A stretch of DNA of 33,540 nucleotides, from sequence record KY271398.1; one strand, given 5' to 3'. Position 1 is the stretch's first letter. Every line of letters begins with the position of its first letter. The stretch is from Klebsiella phage 4LV2017. Positions 6,842 through 15,769 of this stretch are shown piece by piece. A model generated the notes under the pieces. It made no database searches and was not told where the DNA came from. It saw only the letters and a list, made by a program, of their open reading frames with translations. The position numbers were made by a program, and so were the translations under genes.

Positions 6842-9252
6842 GCCATGCCGATATGAACAACTGCTGCGGCTTTAACGAGGCTGCCGCATCGTTCTCATGG
6901 AACAGCCCGAAAAAGGCCATTAACCCTTATCTGGACCCGGCGGAAGTTGCGCCGGTTTCTACGCTTTCAAACCTGATCACTCTGTACGCTGCCGATAACG
7001 AGCAGGAACAGCTGCGCCGAGAGGCACTGAGTGATCAGGTCTGGGAGCGTTATTTCTTTAATGAATCCCGTGATCCTGTCCAGCGCGAAATGGAGCAGGA
7101 TAAGCTCATTAGTCGGGCAAAGCTGGCGCATGAGCAGCAGCGTTTTAATCCGGATATGGTCATTCTGGCGGACGTCAACGCCCAGCCTTCCCATATCAGC
7201 AAGCCGCTGATGCAACGTATTGAATACTTCAGCAGCCTGGGCAAGCCAAAGGCTTATTCCCGCTATTTACGTGAGACGATTAAGCCATGTCTGGAACGGC
7301 TGGAGCATGTACGCGACAGTCAGCTATCCACTTCTTTTCGCTTTATGGCAAGCCATGAAGGGCTGGACGGCTTGTTGATTCTGCCTGAAATGAGTCAGGA
7401 TCAGGTGAAACGCCTGTCCACCTTGGTAGCTGCGCATATGAGCATGTGCCTTGATGCAGCTTGTGGCGATTTGTATGCCACCGATGACGTTAAGCCAGAA
7501 GAAATCCGCAAGACATGGGAAAGGGTGGCGGCGGAAACCCTGCGTCTGGATGTCATCCCACCTGCGTTTGAGCAACTCCGTCGGAAAAGAAACCGCCGTA
7601 AACCCGTGCCCTATGAACTCATTCCGGGTTCGCTGGCGCGTATGCTGTGCGCCGACTGGTGGTATCGGAAATTATGGAAGATGCGTTGCGAATGGCGGGA
7701 AGAGCAGTTGCGCGCTGTCTGCCTGGTCAGCAAAAAAGCATCTCCTTATGCCAGCTATGAAGCCGTGATGCATAAACGTGAGCAGCGCCGTAAGTCGCTG
7801 GAGTTTTTCCGTTCTCATGAACTGGTGAACGAAGACGGCGACACGCTGGACATGGAGGATGTGGTAAACGCCAGCAGCAGCAACCCGGCGCATCGCCGCA
7901 ATGAGATGATGGCTTGTGTTAAAGGTCTGGAGCTTATCGCGGAAATGCGCGGTGACTGCGCCGTTTTCTACACCATCACCTGTCCGTCACGTTTCCATTC
8001 CACGCTAAATAACGGCAGGCCCAACCCGACCTGGACAAACGCGACGGTAAGACAAAGCAGCGATTATCTGGTCGGCATGTTTGCTGCATTTCGCAAGGCT
8101 ATGCATAAAGCCGGGTTGCGCTGGTATGGCGTGCGGGTGGCTGAGCCGCATCATGACGGTACAGTTCACTGGCACCTGTTGTGTTTTATGCGCAAAAAAG
8201 ACCGCCGCGCCATCACTGCATTACTGCGTAAGTTTGCCATCCGTGAAGACCGAGAGGAGCTGGGCAATAACACTGAGCCGCGCTTTAAGTCTGAGTTGAT
8301 TAACCCGCGCAAAGGTACGCCAACAAGCTACATAGCGAAATACATCAGTAAGAACATTGACGGGCGCGGTCTGGCTGGCGAGATCAGCAAGGAAACGGGT
8401 AAATCCCTGCGTGATAATGCTGAATACGTTAATGCCTGGGCGTCTCTGCATCGTGTTCAGCAATTCCGCTTCTTTGGCATTCCGGGGCGTCAGGCTTACC
8501 GTGAACTGCGATTGCTGGCTGGTCAGGCGGCAAGGCAACAGGGGGACAAAAAAGCAGGTGCGCCGGTACTGGATAACCCGCGCCTTGATGCCATCTTGGC
8601 TGCTGCTGATGCTGGTTGTTTTGCCACCTACATCATGAAGCAGGGCGGCGTACTGGTTCCCCGCAAATATCACCTCATCAGAACCGCTTATGAAATCAAC
8701 GAAAAGCCGACCGCCTATGGCGATCACGGCATTCGTATTTATGGTATCTGGTCACCTATTGCAGAGGGCAAGATCTGCACTCATGCCGTGAAGTGGAAAA
8801 TGGTTCGTAAGGCCGTTGACGTTCAGGAGGCGGCAGCCGACCAGGGCGCTTGCGCCCCTTGGACTCGTGGCAATAACTGTCCCCTTGCTGAAAATTTGAA
8901 CCAACAAGGGAAAGACAAATCAGCTGACGGGGATACCAGGACGGACATTACCCGCATGGATGACAAGGAGTTGCACGATTACCTGCACAGTATGAGCAAA
9001 AAAGAGCGCCGGGAACTGGCTGCAAGGTTACGCCTGGTGAAACCGAAACGGCGTAAAGACTACAAACAGCGAATTACAGACCATCAGCGACAGCAGCTCG
9101 TCTATGAACTGAAGTCCAGAGGATTTGATGGCAGCGAGAAAGAGGTCGATTTACTCCTTCGCGGCGGCAGTATTCCGTCAGGAGCAGGCCTGCGTGTCTT
9201 CTATCGGAACCAGCGTTTGCAGGAAGATGATAAGTGGCGAAACCTGTATTAA
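6838..9252 (+). CDS. A: Rolling-circle replication initiation endonuclease, P2 gene A / 186 RepA family (804 aa)
   Basis: Same size and position as P2 gpA. It has the paired-histidine metal motif ([11 protein letters not shown]) and the conserved [12 protein letters not shown] active-site tyrosine motif. Confidence 0.9.
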   Translation: MSHADMNNCCGFNEAAASFSWNSPKKAINPYLDPAEVAPVSTLSNLITLYAADNEQEQLRREALSDQVWERYFFNESRDPVQREMEQDKLISRAKLAHEQQRFNPDMVILADVNAQPSHISKPLMQRIEYFSSLGKPKAYSRYLRETIKPCLERLEHVRDSQLSTSFRFMASHEGLDGLLILPEMSQDQVKRLSTLVAAHMSMCLDAACGDLYATDDVKPEEIRKTWERVAAETLRLDVIPPAFEQLRRKRNRRKPVPYELIPGSLARMLCADWWYRKLWKMRCEWREEQLRAVCLVSKKASPYASYEAVMHKREQRRKSLEFFRSHELVNEDGDTLDMEDVVNASSSNPAHRRNEMMACVKGLELIAEMRGDCAVFYTITCPSRFHSTLNNGRPNPTWTNATVRQSSDYLVGMFAAFRKAMHKAGLRWYGVRVAEPHHDGTVHWHLLCFMRKKDRRAITALLRKFAIREDREELGNNTEPRFKSELINPRKGTPTSYIAKYISKNIDGRGLAGEISKETGKSLRDNAEYVNAWASLHRVQQFRFFGIPGRQAYRELRLLAGQAARQQGDKKAGAPVLDNPRLDAILAAADAGCFATYIMKQGGVLVPRKYHLIRTAYEINEKPTAYGDHGIRIYGIWSPIAEGKICTHAVKWKMVRKAVDVQEAAADQGACAPWTRGNNCPLAENLNQQGKDKSADGDTRTDITRMDDKELHDYLHSMSKKERRELAARLRLVKPKRRKDYKQRITDHQRQQLVYELKSRGFDGSEKEVDLLLRGGSIPSGAGLRVFYRNQRLQEDDKWRNLY

Positions 9253-9405
9253 TTACGCGGGTTAACAATTCGTGCTCTTAATAATACCAGGCATATCAGG
9301 CTGATGAACGTAAAAAAACGTTTTACATCAGTAAGATTATTATATACTGTAAATATAAACAGTGGCTATACATACAGTGTTGCTTGTGGTGTCATAGGAG
9401 GAAAG

Positions 9406-9594
9406 ATGCAGGACTATTTTTTGGAGTCTTTGAAGCTCCAGCGCATTGATTTTTTTCTTAAGCTTGTAGCGGCTAGTGAGTGTAGTGATGAAGAGAAGGG
9501 GCTGGCTTTGCAGTGGGTTTCTGAACTGACAGATGAACTCATGGCAAAAATCAGAACCCACGAATACAACCGCTCAATGGATGTCATCAGCTGA
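9406..9594 (+). CDS. Hypothetical small acidic protein (62 aa from ATG 9406)
   Basis: Strong RBS aggagg at 9396-9401. The longer upstream in-frame extension has no RBS. Confidence 0.5.
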   Translation: MQDYFLESLKLQRIDFFLKLVAASECSDEEKGLALQWVSELTDELMAKIRTHEYNRSMDVIS

Positions 9595-9604
9595 GGTGAC
9601 TTTT

Positions 9605-9838
9605 ATGCGCATTGAAATAATGATCGATAAAGAGCAGAAGATTAGCCAGTCTACCCTGGACGCCCTTGAATCCGAGCTTTACCGCAATCTGCGCCCCCTG
9701 TATCCCAAAACGGTAATCCGTATCCGTAAAGGTAGCTCTAACGGTGTGGAACTGACCGGACTGCAACTGGACGAAGAAAGAAAACAAGTGATGAAAATTA
9801 TGCAGAAGGTGTGGGAAGACGACAGCTGGCTGCATTGA
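9605..9838 (+). CDS. dinI: DinI-family protein (77 aa)
   Basis: MRIEIMIDKEQKISQSTLDALESELYRNL...IMQKVWEDDSWLH parallels E. coli DinI (MRIEV...ALAGEL...ETWESADDWF). RBS gaggtga. Confidence 0.75.
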   Translation: MRIEIMIDKEQKISQSTLDALESELYRNLRPLYPKTVIRIRKGSSNGVELTGLQLDEERKQVMKIMQKVWEDDSWLH

Positions 9839-9892
9839 TTTTGTCAATAGACGCTTGTTTTTTCTAATCAAAAAGGGTTACATATGAGTGAG

Positions 9893-9926
9893 AGGCGATG
9901 ATCAATCAGATATCGCCTTGTTTTTT
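9893..9926 (+). terminator. Rho-independent terminator (aggcgat...atcgcct + TGTTTTTTG) after dinI
   Basis: Seen directly: 7-bp stem, 12-nt loop, U-tract. Confidence 0.5.
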
Positions 9927-9952
9927 GTCAAGAAAAGAATAATAGGCTAAAA

Positions 9953-10630
9953 ATGAAAATTAATAATGTAGCGTTACCAATATCTCTTGCTGTAATCCTA
10001 ACTGGTTGCGTACCACATGCTTCTAACCGAAATATCACTGCTATTGAAGTGGTGAAGCCTGCTATTGGGCAAAGTGCTACCGCCTACATGGGCGATCCCA
10101 TTATCACATCTGCTACTGGATTTAAAACGGACGTATTAGAACTTGGTGCGGCTAATGGTGCATTGTCTTCTATCGCTGCTGGTACATATTGCAGTGAGGG
10201 GAATGGAATTTATCGCAATTATCATAACCCTCAAGCTGTTGCGTTAAAAAATCTCTATGGGCAAATCGGTAACTATGTTGATTATGTTAGTTACGATGCT
10301 GCAAAAAATGAGATATCACCGCCAAATGGCACTTCTTATACTGCATCAGAAATTTCTATCAAACGTGTTCCTGATGGGCTGTGTCGAGTGAGTAACTCAT
10401 TGGTTAAGACTATCGAATACAATGGAAATGCAGGCGGTGTAATGAAGTTCACCTATCGTGAATTTGCAAACGATATGGCTCGTGCAGCATTTACAACAGA
10501 TTTTTCTGTAGATTCTAAAGGAAGTGATGTTATCGCTTACAAAGGTGCCAAGTTCAAAGTGAACAAGGCTGATAACTCGTCTATTTCTTATACAATTATT
10601 TCTGGCTTTGACAAGGCTGTCACGTTCTAG
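9953..10630 (+). CDS. Predicted lipoprotein (225 aa); accessory gene, possibly superinfection exclusion
   Basis: Signal peptide with lipobox: MKINNVALPISLAVILTG-C. The mature part looks beta-rich and secreted. The gene is AT-rich. Confidence 0.7.
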   Translation: MKINNVALPISLAVILTGCVPHASNRNITAIEVVKPAIGQSATAYMGDPIITSATGFKTDVLELGAANGALSSIAAGTYCSEGNGIYRNYHNPQAVALKNLYGQIGNYVDYVSYDAAKNEISPPNGTSYTASEISIKRVPDGLCRVSNSLVKTIEYNGNAGGVMKFTYREFANDMARAAFTTDFSVDSKGSDVIAYKGAKFKVNKADNSSISYTIISGFDKAVTF

Positions 10631-10734
10631 GTTTCACGCTTACTGAGTATGTTACGATTTTGCACATTCTGCATAAACGCGCATGTCTATGCTGCATGAG
10701 ATCGCATGATCGTTTGAGGATCTTTTGTGTTAAG

Positions 10735-10758
10735 GCCCGCCAGTTCTAGCGGGCTTTT
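10735..10758 (+). terminator. Rho-independent terminator gcccgc-cagttcta-gcgggc-TTTT after the lipoprotein gene
   Basis: Seen directly. Confidence 0.65.
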
Positions 10759-10803
10759 GCGTAGATCATGCAGGTGCATGAAAACCACTACATAAAGTGG
10801 GCA

Positions 10804-10834
10804 GGCGTGGCGGGCATACGAGCGCGCGCTGAGC
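10804..10834. other. cos: Candidate P2/186-type cos site (cohesive-end 19-mer GGCGTGGCGGGCATACGAG followed by CGCGCGCTGAGC)
   Basis: From memory, the P2 left end is GGCGAGGCGGGGAAAGCAC-TGCGCGCTGACGG and the 186 overhang is GGCGTGGCGGGGAAAGCAT. The first 11 nt and the following GCGCGCTGA block match here. The position on the portal/terminase side of the accessory hotspot is as in P2. Confidence 0.4.
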
Positions 10835-10867
10835 TGCATTCACTTGAATAATCCGTACGTTAGTGCT

Positions 10868-11030
10868 AGCCTAGCTGTGCCCTTAGCAGGAAAGTACATT
10901 CAATATGTTACTTTCTAGTGGTTGGTGTTTAGCCAACTCGTATGGATTGCTTGGTATCTCGACACAAGTTAGCCTTGTGTCATTTATAGACACCAGGCTA
11001 ACTTGTGTCTCGGGAACTCTTGTATGGGCA
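10868..11030 (+). ncRNA. msr-msd: Putative retron non-coding RNA (msr-msd). It has a conserved-looking GTGCCCTTAGCAGG start, an msr hairpin at 10921-10937, and a long msd stem-loop at 10961-11009
   Basis: Seen directly: a 14-bp perfect inverted repeat (gacacaagttagcc / ggctaacttgtgtc) with a nested inner stem (tgtgtc/gacacc). The long six-frame ORF runs straight through this palindrome, which is implausible for coding sequence. The motif GCCCTTAGCaGG resembles the Ec86 msr 5' region (CACCCTTAGCGAGAGG) that contains the branching G. It lies immediately upstream of the NDT-like effector and the retron RT. The exact ends and the a1/a2 repeats are not resolved. Confidence 0.45.
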
Positions 11031-11039
11031 TTAATTGTT

Positions 11040-11957
11040 ATGTGGTTTAAACATCCTAGATATTTACGAGCAAAAGAAAATTTTATTTCAAGTTTTTTTC
11101 CAAGTAACTTGAATTCTTTTAATTATATTCTGCCAAAAGTATTATTTATTTGTGGCGGTGATGAGACTTATTGTTCAAATAGAGGGATGCTGGAAAAATA
11201 TATTGCCAAGCATCATAAAGAATTTGTTACTTTTCGAGCAGAATTAGCATGGGAAGTAATTAGCAATTTAGGAACTCATAGTAATGTGAATGCGTTATCA
11301 CTAGAAGAATGGCTTGCGGATTTTTCTGATGTGGTAATTATTCTCGTAGAGAGTTATGGCACTGTAGCTGAATTAGGCGCATTTTCATTAAGTCCTGTTT
11401 TACGTAAAAAACTTCTTCCTATATTAGATAAAAAGTTTGAAACTCATAAGTCATTTATCAATACAGGGCCCGTAAAATGGGTTGATAGTGAATCCAAATT
11501 TGGCCCTACAATCTATACCGAATTTGAGACAATTTTAACGTGTATGCCTAAAATAAATGAAAGGCTAAATAGGAAAGTTCAATCAAACATAACTAATGCA
11601 AATTCAATAGGTGATTACAAGTATTCACCAAAAATTTTTTTATTTTTTGTGCTCGTTGTTATATCTTCTTTAGGGCCAATAACAATTCCTGAAATTATTA
11701 ATATCACAGGTAGGCTGATTAATTATAAAATTAATAAAAATATTTCATTTGTTGTTTCTATTGGAGTTGCCCTTGGGATTTTTAAGGAAAGTCGATTTGC
11801 GGGCGTGACTCATTATTCATGTGTCGATTATATTAAATTTTTTAATCATGAAAAGATGAAAGATTTAGTTGAAAGTATTCAACGAAGTAGAGCTAGATCA
11901 TTATCCGATTTAATAATGATATCCAAATTCAAAGCAGAATTAGAAAGGATCATGTGA
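11040..11957 (+). CDS. Retron effector: N-terminal nucleoside 2-deoxyribosyltransferase-like domain with a hydrophobic (about 2 TM) C-terminal region (305 aa from ATG 11040; start uncertain)
   Basis: An NDT-like beta1 motif (KVLFICGGDE) and a catalytic-Glu motif (VVIILVESYGTVAELGAFS, compare DSGTAFEIGYA in NDTs). C-terminal hydrophobic segments IFLFFVLVVISSLGPITIPEII and ISFVVSIGVALGIF. The stop lies 1 nt before the RT start. The upstream 45 codons of the tracked ORF cover the msd palindrome and are taken as non-coding. Confidence 0.65.
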   Translation: MWFKHPRYLRAKENFISSFFPSNLNSFNYILPKVLFICGGDETYCSNRGMLEKYIAKHHKEFVTFRAELAWEVISNLGTHSNVNALSLEEWLADFSDVVIILVESYGTVAELGAFSLSPVLRKKLLPILDKKFETHKSFINTGPVKWVDSESKFGPTIYTEFETILTCMPKINERLNRKVQSNITNANSIGDYKYSPKIFLFFVLVVISSLGPITIPEIINITGRLINYKINKNISFVVSIGVALGIFKESRFAGVTHYSCVDYIKFFNHEKMKDLVESIQRSRARSLSDLIMISKFKAELERIM

Positions 11958-11958
11958 T

Positions 11959-12888
11959 ATGTTAATTGAGTATCTAGCTAAAATTTTACTGTTAGAAGCT
12001 GATTTTATATTAAAAGTTGCAAATGATGCTAACTCGCATTATGGTAAATTTTCTGTACCTAAAAAAGGCGGTGGGACAAGAATCGTCTATCAGCCCTCTA
12101 AAGAATTAAAAGTTTTGCAGAGATTACTGCATGATAATATTCTGTCGAAATTGCCGATTCATCCAAATGCTGTAGCATATCAGCAGGGTTCATCAGTGTT
12201 CAGACATGCAAGCATTCACAAAGCTAAACGTTTTATGCTTAAGATGGACTTTGAAGGTTTTTTTGATTCAATTAAGGAAAGTGATGTTGAGAGATTTATA
12301 AACGATAAAAAGCATTTCTTCAGTGATGATTGGTCAAAGGATGATACTGATTTGCTGGTGAAAATAGTATGCTTTAACGGGAGACTGACTATGGGTGCTG
12401 TTAGTTCCCCTGTAGTAAGCAATGCTATATGCTATGAATTAGATCATATATTGAATGAATTTTGTCTTTCAAAAGGTGTAATATATACACGCTATGCTGA
12501 TGATATGTACTTCTCAACAAACGAAGAAAATGTATTGAAGCAAATACCACCTTTTTTACGCTCGAATTTAAAAACTTTAAAATACCCATCAAAACTATGG
12601 ATTAATAGAAAAAAGACACTGCATATGTCAAAGAAAAATAAAATGATGGTTACGGGTGTGACTTTGACAACAGATGGTGGAGTATCCTTAGGGAGAGATA
12701 AAAAAAGGATGGTTAAATCGCTTATTTTTAAATGGGAGGCTCTTGATGAGAAGAAAAGGTTATTTCTCCAAGGATATTTATCGTATTGCAAAAGTGTTGA
12801 GCCATTATTTATTAATAGGCTTTGTGCGAAATATTCATCAGAGCTGATTGATGAAATCCAGAGATATCAACCTGTAGTATCAGAATAA
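11959..12888 (+). CDS. ret: Retron-type reverse transcriptase (309 aa)
   Basis: RT motifs are all present: motif 1 PKKGGGTRIVYQP, motif 2 LKVLQRLL, the retron-specific NAVAYQQGSSVFRHASIH, motif A LKMDFEGFFDSI, motif B MGAVSSPVVSNAI, motif C YTRYADDMYFS, and the retron VTG motif (MMVTGVTLTTDG). Confidence 0.9.
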   Translation: MLIEYLAKILLLEADFILKVANDANSHYGKFSVPKKGGGTRIVYQPSKELKVLQRLLHDNILSKLPIHPNAVAYQQGSSVFRHASIHKAKRFMLKMDFEGFFDSIKESDVERFINDKKHFFSDDWSKDDTDLLVKIVCFNGRLTMGAVSSPVVSNAICYELDHILNEFCLSKGVIYTRYADDMYFSTNEENVLKQIPPFLRSNLKTLKYPSKLWINRKKTLHMSKKNKMMVTGVTLTTDGGVSLGRDKKRMVKSLIFKWEALDEKKRLFLQGYLSYCKSVEPLFINRLCAKYSSELIDEIQRYQPVVSE

Positions 12889-12895
12889 CGTGTGT

Positions 12896-12925
12896 GCGCA
12901 TGAGAATTTCCATGCGCATTTTCTT
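12896..12925. terminator. Bidirectional terminator hairpin gcgcatg-agaatttc-catgcgc + ATTTTCTT between the RT (plus) and Q (minus)
   Basis: Seen directly: a perfect 7-bp stem with an 8-nt loop, and T/A runs on both sides. Confidence 0.6.
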
Positions 12926-13952
12926 AAAAACAGTAGTCATTAAATGAAATAATTTCTTTTTCAGCCCAATTATTCAATGATTCAAAATTCTTTTGCAATG
13001 GCATTAACTCATTCCGCACAAACACTTTGCTTGCCTTCTCCACATCCCCAAATCCCCCAACATTATTCGGCATAATCCCCATCATTTGCGGCGGCACGCG
13101 GTGCGCAGCCATCATGTCATCACGGCTCACGTTCTTGATATTCAGAAACTCATCCTTCGCCGCAACTTCTGACAAAGGGATGATCTGAAGGCCGTCCTTT
13201 TTGCCGTTAGGCGAGTACATAAACAGGTTGCGGAAGTTGCCTGGACCTTTGGCGCTTTTCATTGCGTTGCGGAGGTTGTTCACATCTTCCTGGTTCTGCG
13301 CGGCATCGGTCATGTACATGATGAAGCCTGCATGGCTGCCATTGATGTAATACTTACGGCGGAACAGCGTGGCGGACTCGTTGAGCAGGGCTGACGGAAT
13401 GGCAGAAAGATAACCTGGCAGGCCGTAGATCTCCTGGTTGATGTCCGGTTCCATCAGATGAAAAATGCTGCCTTTCGTGAACTGATACGGCTGGGTTGTC
13501 ATACCGTATTGCACAAACCAGTAGGTATCCAGGTCTAACCCGCGTCGGGTGTATTTTGCCAGAGCAGGCTCAAGGGCGATAACTTCACCGAAGCGGTTAG
13601 TGCGTTTCTCCAGGTAGGCGTTACCAAAAACCAGATAGTCCTGCACAAAACGTGAAAAAGCCTGCTGGCTGAGCAGCGGGTGAGGGATATAGGTGCTGGT
13701 CAGAATATTGCACTTTACTGCAATCGGTGAGCTGTGATGCACGGCGGCGCGGAAGGTTCGCGCCAGTCCGTCAAAACTCACTGGCGGCTCATACCAGCGA
13801 TCTGTCTGTACGCATTCCACATAGTCCAGTAGTTCGCGGCGATCCAGTACTGGAATGGGATCGCCGAAGCTGAATGCTTCGGCTGAAGTCTGGCTTTTAT
13901 GCTGGGTCTGGTTCTGCGACGCAGCGCGGTTCTTCTTACTCTTTCCCATCAA
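12924..13952 (-). CDS. Q: Capsid portal protein (P2 gpQ family, 342 aa)
   Basis: Size, orientation and position next to the large terminase. Its start overlaps the end of P. Confidence 0.85.
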   Translation of the reverse strand: MMGKSKKNRAASQNQTQHKSQTSAEAFSFGDPIPVLDRRELLDYVECVQTDRWYEPPVSFDGLARTFRAAVHHSSPIAVKCNILTSTYIPHPLLSQQAFSRFVQDYLVFGNAYLEKRTNRFGEVIALEPALAKYTRRGLDLDTYWFVQYGMTTQPYQFTKGSIFHLMEPDINQEIYGLPGYLSAIPSALLNESATLFRRKYYINGSHAGFIMYMTDAAQNQEDVNNLRNAMKSAKGPGNFRNLFMYSPNGKKDGLQIIPLSEVAAKDEFLNIKNVSRDDMMAAHRVPPQMMGIMPNNVGGFGDVEKASKVFVRNELMPLQKNFESLNNWAEKEIISFNDYCF

Positions 13953-15715
13953 AAAATCTCCACAATATTACTGGTATTGGCGGACTCGCCCTGCAGTGGT
14001 TCGTTAAACAGTGCGTGCATTGTTGCCCACGCCAGATCGGCGTGGCTGGTTTCTTCGCTGCGGCTGGCTTCATACGTCGGGCGGTTGCCACTGGCGGTGG
14101 TGGCGCGACGGATTGCCATGAATGACTGCGCAATGTCGGTGTGTCCGGCGTCAAACTCCAGACGGCGGTGGCTGATAATGTCGTAGGCCTTGAGTACCAG
14201 AGCGTTTTTAACGTTGGGGTTGTAGACAAACTCCCGGACGGCAGGAAAAAACGCTTTCACGTTCTCGTAAACCCCGTGACCGACGCCGGTTGAGTCGATA
14301 CCGATGTATGTCACGTTGTACTGTTCAGTCAGTTTTTTGATGGCGTCAGCCTGGGCGCGGAAGTCCATCCCGCGCCACTGGTGACGCTCAAGAATGCGAA
14401 ACTTACCGCCCGGCACGGCTGGCGGTGCCACCACCACGCACCCGGCGCTGTCGCCGTTTTGCGTACCTTTTGCCGGGTCATAACCGATCCACACTTCGCG
14501 CCAGCCAAACGGGCGCAGGGCCAGTGCATGAAAGTCGGTCCAGACTTCCCAGCTGTCCACCATGCACGCCTGCAGCTCGCTGAGCGGAAACACGGACGCG
14601 AGATCGTCCACAAACTCGCACATCAGCAGGTTCTGGTATTCGTCCGGGCTGTACTCCATGCGCAACTGGTCGAGATCGAACAGGTTACATCCGCCGCGCA
14701 CAGCATCTTCCACGGTGACTATCTGGCGGTATTGCCCGTCTGCGCACAGCAGGCCGGGGGCCAGATTGCTGTGGGACAGGTCGATGTCCACCTTATCGGC
14801 TTTGTTGCGCCCACGGTTGAACAGCGCACCGGACCAGAACGGATAAGCACTGTGTGTCAGGCTGGATGGTGTGGAAAAATAGGTTTGTCGCCATTTTTTG
14901 TGAATAGCCATACCGGAAGCCACTTTGCGCAGCTCCTGGAATTTCGGTATCCAGAAATATTCATCCAGATACAGGTTGCCGTGGTAACTCTGGGCCGTGC
15001 GGGCATTGGTGCCGAGGAAGTAAAGCGTAGCCCCGTTGGGAAGCATCATCGGATCGCCTTTCAGCTCCACTTCCACTTCTTTGGCGAAGTCGATGATGTA
15101 CTGTTTAAAGACGTGGGCCTGTGCCTTACTGGCGGAAAGGAAAATCTGGTTACGTCCGGTAAGCAGGGCGTCAATCAGGGCTTCACGGGCAAAGTAAAAG
15201 GTCGCGCCGATCTGGCGTGACTTCAGCAGGTTGCGGATGCGGTTGGTTTTTCCGGCTTCCCACCAGTGGCGCTGGTAGTTGAACATGGAGGAATGGAAGA
15301 TTTCTTCCAGCTTCGCAATCTGTTCATCGGTGAAAACGTTCTTTTCCGGCTGACGACGCGGGCCTTTGTTGCGGTTGGCGACGTTAGGGTTTAAGTCGGC
15401 TTCGTTGCCGCCATTGTTAAACTTGCCGATCCGCGCGTGGCGCTCCGACTGGCGCGCCAGCAGGTCAATCTCTTTGAAATCTTTCCCTTCTTTGTGCTCC
15501 TTCATGATGAGCTGGCAGTAGCGTGCGGCGGTGGTGAGCTGCATCTGATCCAGCGGCCCATAGTCACCCCACTTGTCGCGTTTCTTCCAGCTGTGAACGG
15601 TTGCAACTTTCTCGCCCAGCATTTCAGCAATGCGGGCTACGCGATATCCCTGAAAGTACAGCAGCATGGCCTGCCGACGGGGATCGAGATCTGCGGATGT
15701 CAGTGTAGTGTTCAT
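13949..15715 (-). CDS. P: Terminase large (ATPase) subunit (P2 gpP family, 588 aa)
   Basis: The N-terminal LLYFQGYRVARIAEMLG HTH. The size matches and it is divergent from the scaffold gene. Confidence 0.88.
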   Translation of the reverse strand: MNTTLTSADLDPRRQAMLLYFQGYRVARIAEMLGEKVATVHSWKKRDKWGDYGPLDQMQLTTAARYCQLIMKEHKEGKDFKEIDLLARQSERHARIGKFNNGGNEADLNPNVANRNKGPRRQPEKNVFTDEQIAKLEEIFHSSMFNYQRHWWEAGKTNRIRNLLKSRQIGATFYFAREALIDALLTGRNQIFLSASKAQAHVFKQYIIDFAKEVEVELKGDPMMLPNGATLYFLGTNARTAQSYHGNLYLDEYFWIPKFQELRKVASGMAIHKKWRQTYFSTPSSLTHSAYPFWSGALFNRGRNKADKVDIDLSHSNLAPGLLCADGQYRQIVTVEDAVRGGCNLFDLDQLRMEYSPDEYQNLLMCEFVDDLASVFPLSELQACMVDSWEVWTDFHALALRPFGWREVWIGYDPAKGTQNGDSAGCVVVAPPAVPGGKFRILERHQWRGMDFRAQADAIKKLTEQYNVTYIGIDSTGVGHGVYENVKAFFPAVREFVYNPNVKNALVLKAYDIISHRRLEFDAGHTDIAQSFMAIRRATTASGNRPTYEASRSEETSHADLAWATMHALFNEPLQGESANTSNIVEIF

Positions 15716-15751
15716 GGCACAAACCTACAGCCTTGAATGAAGGCTTTCCCC

Positions 15752-15769
15752 GCCTGCGGTTTGTGTGGT
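15752..15769. promoter_or_regulatory. Ogr-type late-promoter dyad TGT-N12-ACA (tgtgtggttgtcggtaca) in the P/O divergent region
   Basis: Seen directly. The centre lies about 97 bp upstream of the O start, compatible with a -55 activator site for a rightward PO-like promoter. Confidence 0.55.

Noticed and set aside
9304-9405. Upstream extension of the 9406 ORF (MNVKKRFTSVRLLYTVNINSGYTYSVACGVIGGK)
   Set aside because: It has no RBS, whereas a near-consensus aggagg precedes the ATG at 9406.
10905-11039. N-terminal 45 codons of the tracked 350-aa ORF (MLLSSGWCLANSYGLLGISTQVSLVSFIDTRLTCVSGTLVWALIV)
   Set aside because: The stretch spans a perfect 14-bp inverted repeat and additional hairpins and lacks an RBS. 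I interpret it as the retron msd/msr region, and I start the effector at ATG 11040, although the true start could be later.
14381-15220. 279-aa plus-strand ORF inside the terminase large subunit gene
   Set aside because: It is antisense to a conserved gene, and the sequence is low-complexity.
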